The notes under the pieces: model-generated
Databases searched by the model: none
What the model saw: only the letters and a program-made list of their open reading frames with translations
What the model was told of the DNA's origin: nothing
Assembly (NCBI RefSeq): GCF_001457595.1
Contig: NZ_LN831039.1
Location: 6,480,001-6,512,000, forward strand
Reading direction: 5' to 3'
DNA: 32,000 nt
Source of the DNA: Mycolicibacterium smegmatis
GTDB taxonomy: Bacteria > Actinomycetota > Actinomycetes > Mycobacteriales > Mycobacteriaceae
Shown: piece by piece, positions 23,071 to 31,373 of the stretch
Numbering within the stretch: the first letter of the stretch is position 1
Layout of the letters: the number at the start of each line of letters is the position of its first letter
Made by a program: the position numbers and the translations under genes

Positions 23071-24528
23071 ATGGAGCGGATGTTGGAGGCACCCGAGCAC
23101 CCAGACCAGCTTCCCGATCAGCGCGAACGGAAGGGGCGGTTCTGGATCAGCCTGCACGCCGCGTCGACGCGGCGTGCGCTGCTGTTGACCGCTCTCGGCG
23201 GCCTGCTCATCGCGGGCCTGATCACCGCGCTGCCCCGCAGTGAGGGCGCGAACAACACGCTCAGCGCCGGTGCCATCGCGCTCGGCCCGCGCGGCAACGA
23301 GACCTTCAACCACGTCAAGGACGGCGACTGCCTGAACTGGCCGGGGCGCAACCCCGACGCGGCCCGCATCGTCGACTGCGGCGAGAACCACCGCTTCGAG
23401 GTCGCCGCGGCGATCGACATGCGCACGTTCCCCGGCAGCGAGTACGGCCCCAGCGCCCCGCCGCCGTCGATGGACCGCATCAAGCAGATCAGCCAGGAGC
23501 AGTGCACGCCCGCGCTGAAGTCCTACCTGGGGCCCAAGTTCGATCCCAACGGCAAGTTCACGATCGGCCTGCTGTGGTCGGGTGAGAAGGCGTGGAAGCA
23601 GTCGGGCGAGCGGCGCATGCTGTGCGGCCTGCAGTTGCTCGGCCCGGGCGACACCCAGCTGGAGTTCACGGGCAAGGTCGCCGATATCGATCAGTCCAAG
23701 GTCTGGCCTGCAGGCACATGCCTGGGCATCGACCCGGCCACCAACCAGCCCACCGACGTCCCGGTCGACTGTGCGGCACCGCACGCCATGGAGGTGACCG
23801 GTGCGGTCAACCTCGCCGAGAAGTTCCCCGGGCCGCTGCCTGCCGAGGACGACCAGGACGAGTTCATCAAGGACGCCTGCACCAAGCAGACCGATGCCTA
23901 TCTGGCGCCCGTGCAGCTGCGCAGCACGACGCTCGCGCTGAGCTACAGCACCATCTCGCTGCCGAGCTGGTCGGCGGGCAGCCGTCAGGTGTCGTGCAGC
24001 ATCGGCGCGACGCTGGGCAACGGCGGCTGGTCCACGCTGGTCAACACCGCCAAGGGCCCGCTGCTGATCAACGGTCAGCCGCCGGTGGCGCCGCCCGACA
24101 TCCCGGCCGAACGCCTCAACCTCGACCCCATCCCGCTGCCGGATGTGGCGGAGACGTCGTCCGGGTCGTCCAGCTCGTCCTCGTCGGGATCGTCGTCCTC
24201 GTCGGGTTCGTCGGGTACCTCGGGCTCGTCGTCGAGCTCGTCGTCGGGATCCTCGGGGTCGTCCGGGTCCTCCGGGTCGGCCGATCAGCACCTGCCTGCG
24301 CAGTCGACGGACACTCAGCAGGCACCCCAGTCGACCGATCCGGCGCAGCAGAACACGTTCAACCCGCCGCCGCCCGACGCCCCGGCCCCGCCGGCCGACC
24401 AAGCGGCTCCCGCTCCCGCACCCGCACCCGCTCCCGCTCCCGCTCCCGAGCAGGCTCCGCCCCCGCCGGGTCCGGTCGACGTCCCGCCGCCGCCCGGCGC
24501 GCCGGTGCCCCCGCCGCCGGGTCCGTGA
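23071..24528 (+). CDS. Membrane-anchored extracytoplasmic protein with septum-formation-like domains and Ser/Gly- and Pro/Ala-rich tail (Rv3835-like)
   Basis: MERMLEAPEHPDQ... cytoplasmic N-term, TM segment RRALLLTALGGLLIAGLITAL, two Cys-containing repeats (DGDCLNWP...VDCGENHRFEV / AGTCLGIDP...VDCAAPHAMEV). Start could be 22993 or 23080 instead. Confidence 0.82.
   Translation: MERMLEAPEHPDQLPDQRERKGRFWISLHAASTRRALLLTALGGLLIAGLITALPRSEGANNTLSAGAIALGPRGNETFNHVKDGDCLNWPGRNPDAARIVDCGENHRFEVAAAIDMRTFPGSEYGPSAPPPSMDRIKQISQEQCTPALKSYLGPKFDPNGKFTIGLLWSGEKAWKQSGERRMLCGLQLLGPGDTQLEFTGKVADIDQSKVWPAGTCLGIDPATNQPTDVPVDCAAPHAMEVTGAVNLAEKFPGPLPAEDDQDEFIKDACTKQTDAYLAPVQLRSTTLALSYSTISLPSWSAGSRQVSCSIGATLGNGGWSTLVNTAKGPLLINGQPPVAPPDIPAERLNLDPIPLPDVAETSSGSSSSSSSGSSSSSGSSGTSGSSSSSSSGSSGSSGSSGSADQHLPAQSTDTQQAPQSTDPAQQNTFNPPPPDAPAPPADQAAPAPAPAPAPAPAPEQAPPPPGPVDVPPPPGAPVPPPPGP
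24157..24279 (+). repeat. Low-complexity Ser/Gly coding tract
   Basis: (TCG/TCC/AGC/GGG)n encoding SSGSSSSSSSGSSSSSGSSGTSGSSSSSSSGSSGSSGSSGS. Confidence 0.9.
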
Positions 24529-24531
24529 CCC

Positions 24532-24882
24532 GTGGCCGTGCGGATGGACCCGCAACGGTTCGAGGAATTGGTGTCCGACGCGCTCGATCAGGTGCCACCC
24601 GAACTGGCTGCGGCGATCGACAACGTCGTGGTGCTCGTCGAGGACCGCAACCCCGACGAACCTGAGATCCTCGGGCTGTACCAGGGCGTGGCGCTGACCG
24701 AGCGGGACTCCTGGTACGCGGGCTCACTGCCCGACACCATCACGATCTACCGCGATGCCCTGCTCGACATCTGCGACACCGAGGACGACGTGATCGACGA
24801 GGTCGCGATCACCGTGATCCACGAGATCGCTCACCATTTCGGGATCGATGACGAGAGGCTCCACGAGTTGGGGTGGGGATGA
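24532..24882 (+). CDS. Zincin-like metallopeptidase-domain protein (Rv3836-like)
   Basis: 116 aa with HEIAHHFGIDDERLHELG (HExxH...) near the C-terminus; starts 3 nt after the upstream stop. Confidence 0.88.
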   Translation: MAVRMDPQRFEELVSDALDQVPPELAAAIDNVVVLVEDRNPDEPEILGLYQGVALTERDSWYAGSLPDTITIYRDALLDICDTEDDVIDEVAITVIHEIAHHFGIDDERLHELGWG

Positions 24883-24950
24883 GCGCTTCGGACACGAAAA
24901 CGCCCGCGCGGCAACCACGTTTTGTCGGCCCGCAGTGTTATGAACGGGAC

Positions 24951-25139
24951 ATGACGATCCAGTGCCGGGACTGTGTGGCCGGGCTGGAGCACTGCCACGG
25001 CACCCTGATCCACCATGTCCGGTACCGCGTCGAGTGCACAGACGACGGCTGCACCACCCCAGAGATAGCGCACACCTTCAGCATCGACTGCGAGACGGTC
25101 GGCTGCCTGTGCAGCGAGGACATCGCGATCGCGATCTAA
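24951..25139 (+). CDS. Cys-rich small conserved hypothetical protein
   Basis: 62 aa MTIQCRDCVAGLEHCHGTLIHHVRYRVECTDDGCTTPEIAHTFSIDCETVGCLCSEDIAIAI, 8 Cys and 4 His in spaced pairs. Confidence 0.7.
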   Translation: MTIQCRDCVAGLEHCHGTLIHHVRYRVECTDDGCTTPEIAHTFSIDCETVGCLCSEDIAIAI

Positions 25140-25822
25140 CCCATCGGGTCTTTCGACGTCAGCGCGTCGGTGACGGGCTGGACGTCGGGTTCGGGATGGA
25201 ACGGCGGGGTGAGCGTCGCCCAGCGCACGCAACTCCACCGCCCGTCGGTGGTGGGCGTGAGGATCACCGATTCGGTGTTGGCCAGGTGGTGTTCCAGCGC
25301 GAAGCTGCCGTCGACGCCCGCGAGCACCGCGGCCACCAGCCGGATGGCCGCACCGTGGCTCACCAGCACGATGTCGCTGTCGAAGTCGTGGTCGTCGAGG
25401 TAGTTCAGCCGCAGATGGTCGACGACGGGCACGTAGCGGTCGAGCACGTCGACCGCGGACTCGCCGCCGGGCATCGGCACGTCGAGTTCACCTTGGTGCC
25501 AGCGTTGGTAGATGGCCTCGAACTGCGCGATCGCGGCGTCGTCGTTGCGGTCTTCGAGCTCGCCGACCTGAACCTCGTGCACGCCGTCGAACTCCTGCGG
25601 CGTCAGCCCGATCTCACCGGCGATACCGGATGCGGTCTGCGCGGCGCGGCGCGCCACCGAGTGCGCGACGAGCGCAGGCCGTTGCGGGAACGCGGTGACG
25701 ACCCGCCGGGCCTGATCGTGGCCCAGGTCGGTCAGTTCGGCGCCGGGGGGACGGGTGTCGAGGCGGCGGTCGACGTTGGCACGGGACTGCCCGTGTCGGA
25801 CAAGGACGAGACGGCCACTCAT
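25136..25822 (-). CDS. Histidine phosphatase (phosphoglycerate mutase-like) family protein (Rv3837c-like)
   Basis: MSGRLVLVRHGQSRANVDRRLDTRPPGAELTDLGHDQA (LVRHGQ), ...VLVSHGAAIRLV; ATGA overlap with pheA. Confidence 0.92.
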   Translation of the reverse strand: MSGRLVLVRHGQSRANVDRRLDTRPPGAELTDLGHDQARRVVTAFPQRPALVAHSVARRAAQTASGIAGEIGLTPQEFDGVHEVQVGELEDRNDDAAIAQFEAIYQRWHQGELDVPMPGGESAVDVLDRYVPVVDHLRLNYLDDHDFDSDIVLVSHGAAIRLVAAVLAGVDGSFALEHHLANTESVILTPTTDGRWSCVRWATLTPPFHPEPDVQPVTDALTSKDPMG

Positions 25823-26751
25823 GCGCCACCCGATCCGGCCCGCAGGCCTTCGAGCCATGTGGTGGCCTCGTCCAGACGGGGCGGCGGCGCGCCCGCGGCC
25901 GATTCCGTCGGCCATGAACCCAGATATCGCACATCTACACAACGTCGGTGGAGCGCTTTGAGTGCCTCGGCCACCGGATCGTCGTCGATGTGCCCGGCAC
26001 AGTCGAGGAAGAACATGTAGGTGCCCAACTCGGTTCTGGTCGGGCGGGATTCGATGCGGGTCAGGTCGATGTCGCGGATCGAGAACTCGGTCATGGCCGA
26101 GACCAGGGCACCCGGTTCGTTGACCAGCCGCAACACCACGGCGGTGCGATCGGCGCCGGTGGCCGGTGGCGGGGTCCCAGGAAGACCCACGAGCACGAAC
26201 CGTGTGCGGGCGTTGGGTTCGTCGACGACGTCGGCGGCCATGATGTCGAGTCCGCAGCGCTCAGCGGCCAACCGTGTGCTCACACCGGCATCGGCCCTGC
26301 CCTCGGCCACGTCATGGGCCGCAGCGGCGTTCGAGTGGGCCGGAACCACCTCCGCGTCGCGGAGGTTGGCCGCGAGCCAGTGGCGCACCTGCGCGGCGGC
26401 GACGGGGAAAGCCGCGACGGTGCGCACCGGCCCGTCGTGTCCGGGTCGGACCACGATCGTGAAGGCGACGTCGAGGGTCAGTTCGGCGTAGATCTGCAGC
26501 GGGCTGCCGGCCGCGAGGCTGTCGAGCGTGGGCAGCACCGTGCCGTCGATCGAGTTCTCGATCGGCACGCACGCATAGTCGGCACGGCCTTCACGGACGG
26601 CGCTGAGCGCTCCGGGTGTGCTGTCGGTCCGGACCGGGGTGAATCCGGCTGCGTCCTCGGCCGGGCCCGGGACCATGCTCTTGGCCACCATCTGCAGCAA
26701 TGCCGCTTCGGTGAAGGTTCCCTCTGGTCCCAGGTATGCGATGCGCGGCAC
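25819..26751 (-). CDS. pheA: Prephenate dehydratase
   Basis: VPRIAYLGPEGTFTEAAL..., VPIENSIDGTV, ACT-domain region NEPGALVSAMTEFSIRDIDLTRIESRPTRTELGTYMFFLDCAGH (ESRP). GTG start at 26751; upstream starts up to 26832 are possible. Confidence 0.95.
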   Translation of the reverse strand: MPRIAYLGPEGTFTEAALLQMVAKSMVPGPAEDAAGFTPVRTDSTPGALSAVREGRADYACVPIENSIDGTVLPTLDSLAAGSPLQIYAELTLDVAFTIVVRPGHDGPVRTVAAFPVAAAQVRHWLAANLRDAEVVPAHSNAAAAHDVAEGRADAGVSTRLAAERCGLDIMAADVVDEPNARTRFVLVGLPGTPPPATGADRTAVVLRLVNEPGALVSAMTEFSIRDIDLTRIESRPTRTELGTYMFFLDCAGHIDDDPVAEALKALHRRCVDVRYLGSWPTESAAGAPPPRLDEATTWLEGLRAGSGGA

Positions 26752-26836
26752 GTTGCCAACCCTATCCGGTCGCATGGCCGGTTCCTGGCGGTGAACGCGC
26801 GCCTCGGTACGCCTTGCGCAGTCTTCGATCATGCAG

Positions 26837-26860
26837 TTAAGTTAGGCTTACCTCACCTAA
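26837..26860 (+). promoter_or_regulatory. IdeR-like iron box (two overlapping registers) upstream of the DUF2470 gene
   Basis: TTAAGTTAGGCTTACCTCA at 26837-26855 matches 16/19 of TTAGGTTAGGCTAACCTAA; the shifted register TTAGGCTTACCTCACCTAA at 26842-26860 matches 14/19. Confidence 0.85.
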
Positions 26861-26879
26861 GGATGGAAGGCGGCGAGAC

Positions 26880-27665
26880 ATGGCAGTAGCGGCACCGACG
26901 ACGGCCGAGCGGATCCGTAGCGCATGCGCCCGTGGCGGCGGTGCGATGCTCGCCGTCGAGGGCATCGAGCCGTTGGCGACGCCCGTGCACCACCTGCTGC
27001 AAGACGGCTCGTTCGCCATCACCGTCCCCGAGAACGGGCCACTCGTCGGCACGGTGGTGTCGTCGGGTTCGGCAGGTGTCCAGGCCGTGCTGGAGATGAC
27101 CGACTACGCGCCGCTGCCGCTGCGCGAACCGGTGCGTTCGCTGGTGTGGATCCGGGGCCGCCTGCAACACGTGCCCAACGGCGAGGTGGCCGACCTGCTG
27201 GATCTGGTGGCCACCGAGAACCCGAATCCCGCACTGCTGCAGGTCAACTCGTCACCCATCGATGACGCCGACGACACCTACGCGCTGCTGCGCCTGGAGA
27301 TCGAGTCGATCGTCGTCGCCGATTCCACCGGCGCCGAGTCCGTCACCGTCGGCGCACTGCTGGCCGCCCGGCCCGATCCGTTCTGCGCCATGGAGTCCAG
27401 CTGGCTGCAGCACATGGAATCGGCGCACCGCGACGTGGTCGACCGGCTCGCGACACGCCTGCCCGTCGCCCTGCGTCAGGGCCGGGTCCGCCCGCTCGGC
27501 CTCGACCGCTACGGCGTACAACTACGCGTCGAGAACGAGAACGGCGACCACGACGTGCGGCTGCCATTCCCCGCGCCCGTCGACGACGTGCCGGGATTGA
27601 GCAAGGCGATCCGCGTCCTCATGGGCTGCCCCTTCCTCAACGGCCTGCGCGCCCGCCGCCTCTGA
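26880..27665 (+). CDS. DUF2470/HugZ-like pyridoxamine-5'-phosphate-oxidase-fold protein (Rv3839-like), probably iron/heme related
   Basis: 261 aa; MAVAAPTTAERIRSACARGGGAMLAV... N-terminal region and C-terminal ...SWLQHMESAHRDVV...GLDRYGVQLRVEN...VRLPFPAPVDDVPGLSKAIRVL (DUF2470-like); iron box just upstream. Confidence 0.85.
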   Translation: MAVAAPTTAERIRSACARGGGAMLAVEGIEPLATPVHHLLQDGSFAITVPENGPLVGTVVSSGSAGVQAVLEMTDYAPLPLREPVRSLVWIRGRLQHVPNGEVADLLDLVATENPNPALLQVNSSPIDDADDTYALLRLEIESIVVADSTGAESVTVGALLAARPDPFCAMESSWLQHMESAHRDVVDRLATRLPVALRQGRVRPLGLDRYGVQLRVENENGDHDVRLPFPAPVDDVPGLSKAIRVLMGCPFLNGLRARRL

Positions 27666-27667
27666 CG

Positions 27668-27684
27668 CCCGCCGGTCAGGCGGG
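27668..27684 (+). terminator. Short hairpin after the DUF2470 gene
   Basis: CCCGCC-GGTCA-GGCGGG, 3 nt past the stop codon; no U-tract. Confidence 0.4.
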
Positions 27685-27702
27685 ACCGCTACGGTAGCTC
27701 CG

Positions 27703-28485
27703 GTGACCGGCCCTCTCGAGCACCGCGAGCACAGCGAGCACCGCCAACCGTCACGCCGCACGATCAAGATCGAGATCGTCGTCGTCCTGGCGGTGACGTT
27801 CGGGCTCAGTGCGTACACCGCGCTGCTGCGGCTGATCGAGGCTGTGCTGCTCGGACTGTCCGGCCAAACCGTCGCGCTCAACCCGCGCCGGTCCCCGTTC
27901 GACCTCATCGACCTCGGCCTGCACCTCGCGGGCGTCTTCAATCTGCTGGCTTGGGGTGCGCTGGCCCTGTACCTGTTGTGGCGCAGCGGAATCGGCCCCA
28001 AGGCCATCGGCCTGGGCCGCCCGCAGGCGCGCGCCGACGGCCTCGGCGGCCTCGCCCTCGCCGCGCTGATCGGGTTACCCGGGCTCGGGTTCTACGTCGT
28101 GGCCCGCATCCTGGGCCTGAGTGCCGACGTCGAACCCGCCGAGTTGTACGACACGTGGTGGCGCATCCCGGTGCTGCTCGGCTCGGCCTTTGCCAACGGG
28201 TGGGCCGAGGAGATCATCGTCGTGGGTTTCCTGCTCACCCGCCTGCGCCAACTCGACATCAGCCCCACGCGGGCGCTGGTGCTCTCGGCGCTGCTGCGCG
28301 GGGCCTACCACCTCTACCAGGGTTACAGCGCGGGCCTGGGCAATCTGGTGATGGGCCTGGTGTTCGGCTACGCGTGGCAGCGCACCGGGCGGCTGTGGCC
28401 GCTGATCATCGCCCACACCCTGATCGACGCGGTCGCGTTCGTCGGGTATGCCCTGTTGGCGCAACATCTCGGCTGGTTGCGGTAG
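27703..28485 (+). CDS. CPBP (CAAX protease/bacteriocin-processing) family intramembrane metalloprotease
   Basis: 260 aa multi-TM; motif 1 GWAEEIIVVGFLLTRL, motif 2 ALLRGAYHLYQG, motif 3 IIAHTLIDAVAF. Confidence 0.92.
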   Translation: MTGPLEHREHSEHRQPSRRTIKIEIVVVLAVTFGLSAYTALLRLIEAVLLGLSGQTVALNPRRSPFDLIDLGLHLAGVFNLLAWGALALYLLWRSGIGPKAIGLGRPQARADGLGGLALAALIGLPGLGFYVVARILGLSADVEPAELYDTWWRIPVLLGSAFANGWAEEIIVVGFLLTRLRQLDISPTRALVLSALLRGAYHLYQGYSAGLGNLVMGLVFGYAWQRTGRLWPLIIAHTLIDAVAFVGYALLAQHLGWLR

Positions 28486-28505
28486 CCGCCACGTACATTG
28501 CTGAG

Positions 28506-29825
28506 ATGAACGGTTTCACGCCCGCCGACGGTGACCGGGACCCGCGCATGCGGCGTCCAGGCACGCCTCGGCCGTCGGGGGAACCGTCACAGTTCATCCG
28601 CCGCGATCCCAACTACCGGCCTCCGCAACCGCCGCCCCGGCCGGCCCCGCCGCCACCTGCGCGTCGGGTTCCGCCACCACCGCCGCGTCAGGCGCCCCCG
28701 CCACCGCCGAGACGCCCGGCGGCACCGCCACCCGCACCGCCGCCGCCGGGCCAGTCATCGAGGCCGCCTCGCCAGTTCCCCCCGCCGCCCACCAGACGCA
28801 AGACGTCTACGCCCACAGCGGCCGCGCAGTCCGCGCCACCCGCGCCGACCGTGCGCAAGCCGCGCCGCAGGCGTCGCTGGGGCCGTATCGTGTTGGCGCT
28901 GTTGATGATCGCGGTGCTCGCCGGGGCGGGCGCGATGATCTGGGTCGACACGTCACTGCAACGCATACCCGCACTGGCCGGCTACCCGGAGCGTCCCGCC
29001 GCCGGGCGCGGCACCACGTGGCTGCTCGTGGGATCGGACAGCCGCGAGGGCCTCACGCCGGAACAGCAGGCCTCGCTGACCACCGGCGGCGACCTGGGAA
29101 CCGGCCGCACCGACACGATCCTCTTGGTGCACATCCCCGCCCTCGGGTCGAGCACCCCGGCGACCATGGTCTCGATCCCGCGCGACTCCTACGTCGAGAT
29201 CCCCGGTTACGGCGAGGACAAGATCAACGCGGCGTTCGCGCTCGGCGGGGCGCCGCTGCTGGCGCAGACCGTCGAGTCGGCGACCGGGCTGCGCCTCGAC
29301 CACTACGCCGAGATCGGCTTCGGCGGATTCGCGTCGCTGGTCGACGCCGTGGGCGGGGTGACGGTGTGCCCGGCGGAACCGATCAGCGATCCGCTCGCGG
29401 GCATCGATTTGCCCGCCGGATGTCAGGAACTCGACGGACGCACCGCACTCGGCTTCGTGCGCACACGTGCGACGGCCCGGGCCGATCTGGACCGCATGAT
29501 CCATCAGCGGGAGTTCATGTCGGGGCTGCTGCACCGCGCGGCCAGCCCCGCGGTGTGGCTCAACCCCCTGCGCTGGAGTCCGATGATGCGTGCCGCGACG
29601 GGCACGCTCGCGGTCGACGAGGACGCGCACGTGTGGAATCTCGCCCGGCTGGCATGGTCGCTGCGGGGCGATCCGGTCACGATGACCGTGCCCATCGGCG
29701 AGTTCGGTTCCAACGGTTCGGGTGACGTGGTGATGTGGGACAGCGACGCCGCGCCGCGGTTGTTCGAGGCGCTGCGGACCGACGCGCCGGTGCCGCCTGA
29801 CGTCCTGGAAAATGCCGTCAATTGA
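28506..29825 (+). CDS. LytR-CpsA-Psr (LCP) family protein, candidate cell-wall glycopolymer ligase
   Basis: Pro-rich N-terminus, TM helix, then LLVGSDSREGL...GGDLGTGRTDTILLVHIPALGSSTPATMVSIPRDSYVEIPGYGEDKINAAFALGG...HYAEIGFGGFASLVDAVGGV...CQELDGRTALGFVRTR. Confidence 0.93.
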   Translation: MNGFTPADGDRDPRMRRPGTPRPSGEPSQFIRRDPNYRPPQPPPRPAPPPPARRVPPPPPRQAPPPPPRRPAAPPPAPPPPGQSSRPPRQFPPPPTRRKTSTPTAAAQSAPPAPTVRKPRRRRRWGRIVLALLMIAVLAGAGAMIWVDTSLQRIPALAGYPERPAAGRGTTWLLVGSDSREGLTPEQQASLTTGGDLGTGRTDTILLVHIPALGSSTPATMVSIPRDSYVEIPGYGEDKINAAFALGGAPLLAQTVESATGLRLDHYAEIGFGGFASLVDAVGGVTVCPAEPISDPLAGIDLPAGCQELDGRTALGFVRTRATARADLDRMIHQREFMSGLLHRAASPAVWLNPLRWSPMMRAATGTLAVDEDAHVWNLARLAWSLRGDPVTMTVPIGEFGSNGSGDVVMWDSDAAPRLFEALRTDAPVPPDVLENAVN

Positions 29826-29846
29826 GTTTAGGCAAGGCTACATTTC
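29823..29846 (+). promoter_or_regulatory. Weak IdeR-like box upstream of bfrB (distal)
   Basis: TGAGTTTAGGCAAGGCTAC in register 29823-29841 (13/19) or TTAGGCAAGGCTACATTTC at 29828-29846 (12/19), overlapping the LCP stop codon. Confidence 0.5.
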
Positions 29847-29892
29847 CTCGACAGCAAACATCGTTGAAGTTCTTCACCACGCGAATCAAGAC

Positions 29893-29911
29893 TTAGGTAA
29901 CGCTGACCTCA
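29893..29911 (+). promoter_or_regulatory. IdeR-like box upstream of bfrB (proximal)
   Basis: TTAGGTAACGCTGACCTCA matches 15/19 of the IdeR consensus. Confidence 0.7.
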
Positions 29912-29964
29912 ATGAGGGTCACCTTCACCGACAATGCCGTTTGACCTGGTCTATCATCAAGATC

Positions 29965-30510
29965 ATGACGAACAGCGGCGCTCTCGACACGAAATTCCAC
30001 GCCCTCATCCAGGATCAAATTCGCAGCGAATTCACGGCTTCCCAGCAATACATCGCGATCGCCGTGTTCTTCGATGGCGCCGACCTGCCGCAGCTCGCCA
30101 AGCACTTCTACGCCCAGGCGCTCGAGGAGCGCAATCACGCGATGATGCTCGTGCAGTACCTGCTCGACCGCGACGTCGAGGTGGAGATCCCCGGCATCGA
30201 CCCGGTGTGCAACAACTTCACCACGCCCCGCGACGCGCTCGCCCTCGCGCTCGACCAGGAGCGCACCGTCACCGAGCAGATCAGCCGGCTCGCGAGCGTG
30301 GCCCGCGACGAGGGTGATCACCTCGGCGAGCAGTTCATGCAGTGGTTCCTCAAGGAGCAGGTCGAGGAGGTCGCGGCGATGACGACGCTCGTGCGGATCG
30401 CCGACCGCGCCGGATCCAACCTGTTCCACATCGAGGACTTCGTCGCCCGTGAGATGTCGGCCGCGGGTGCGGATCCGACGGCACCGCGCGCTGCAGGCGG
30501 GGCCCTCTAG
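29965..30510 (+). CDS. bfrB: Ferritin BfrB
   Basis: MTNSGALDTKFHALIQDQIRSEFTASQQYIAIAVFFDGADLPQLAKHFYAQALEERNHAMMLVQYLLDRDVEVEIPGI; ferroxidase-centre pattern. The supplied ORF start (29812) lies within the upstream iron-box region and is likely wrong. Confidence 0.95.
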   Translation: MTNSGALDTKFHALIQDQIRSEFTASQQYIAIAVFFDGADLPQLAKHFYAQALEERNHAMMLVQYLLDRDVEVEIPGIDPVCNNFTTPRDALALALDQERTVTEQISRLASVARDEGDHLGEQFMQWFLKEQVEEVAAMTTLVRIADRAGSNLFHIEDFVAREMSAAGADPTAPRAAGGAL

Positions 30511-30523
30511 AGTTCTCGACGCG

Positions 30524-31369
30524 TCAGTCCCGGCCCGCGCCGGTGAGGCCGTTCTGCAGCCAATCCTTGGTGCGGCCGGGATGATTCGTCGCGATCCACG
30601 CGACACCGACGTCCCGGCAGAACCGGACGTCCTCGTAGTGGTCGACGGTCCAGCAGTACAGCGCGCGCCCCTGCGCGGCGGCCCGGTCCACCAGTTCCGG
30701 ATGCTCCCGCAGCGTCGCGATGGACGGGCCCACCGCGGTGGCTCCCACCGTGGTCGCGGCACTGCCGCCCAGGTATCGAGACGTCTCGCCCAGTAGCACC
30801 GTCGGCAGCATCGGCGCGGCGCGGCGGATTCGCCACACCGCGGCCGCGGAGAACGACATCACCACCGCGCGCGCCATGTCGGCCGACGCCGGCGCGGCAA
30901 TGCCGTAGCGGTGCAGCAGCGCAAGGAGTTTGTTCTCCACCAGCGCGCCGTAGCGCACAGGGTGTTTGGTCTCGATGAAAAGCTTGACCGGACGGTTCCA
31001 GTCCAGTGCCATCCGGACGAGTTCGTCGAGCGTCAGTACACCGGTGTCGTCCCCGGAACTGTCGGGGCGCCAACTCGGGTGCCACGAACCGAAATTCATC
31101 TTTCGCAACTCCGCGAGCGTCATCTCGCTCACCAGACCCGTACCCGTCGACGTGCGGTCCACCTTGCGGTCGTGCACGCACACCAGGTGCCCGTCACGCG
31201 TCAACCGAACGTCGCATTCGAGCCCGTCGGCGCCCTCCTGCAAAGCCAGGTCGTAGGCGGCGAGGGTGTGCTCGGGGCGGTCGGCGGAGGCACCTCGATG
31301 CGCGACCACGAACGGATGCGTCGGGCCCGTTGGCGCCTGCCCGTCGGCTCCGGCGTCGGCCTCAGTCAT
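30524..31369 (-). CDS. glpQ1: Glycerophosphodiester phosphodiesterase (GlpQ1-like)
   Basis: MTEADAGADGQAPTGPTHPFVVAHRGASADRPEHTLAAYDLALQEGADGLECDVRLTRDGHLVCVHDRKVDRTS; GDPD motifs. The supplied start at 31597 overlaps the upstream gene. Confidence 0.9.
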   Translation of the reverse strand: MTEADAGADGQAPTGPTHPFVVAHRGASADRPEHTLAAYDLALQEGADGLECDVRLTRDGHLVCVHDRKVDRTSTGTGLVSEMTLAELRKMNFGSWHPSWRPDSSGDDTGVLTLDELVRMALDWNRPVKLFIETKHPVRYGALVENKLLALLHRYGIAAPASADMARAVVMSFSAAAVWRIRRAAPMLPTVLLGETSRYLGGSAATTVGATAVGPSIATLREHPELVDRAAAQGRALYCWTVDHYEDVRFCRDVGVAWIATNHPGRTKDWLQNGLTGAGRD

Positions 31370-31373
31370 GAGG

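Noticed and set aside
24157-24279. Possible non-coding satellite or CRISPR-like repeat
   Set aside because: In-frame Ser/Gly codon runs continuing a well-supported coding frame.
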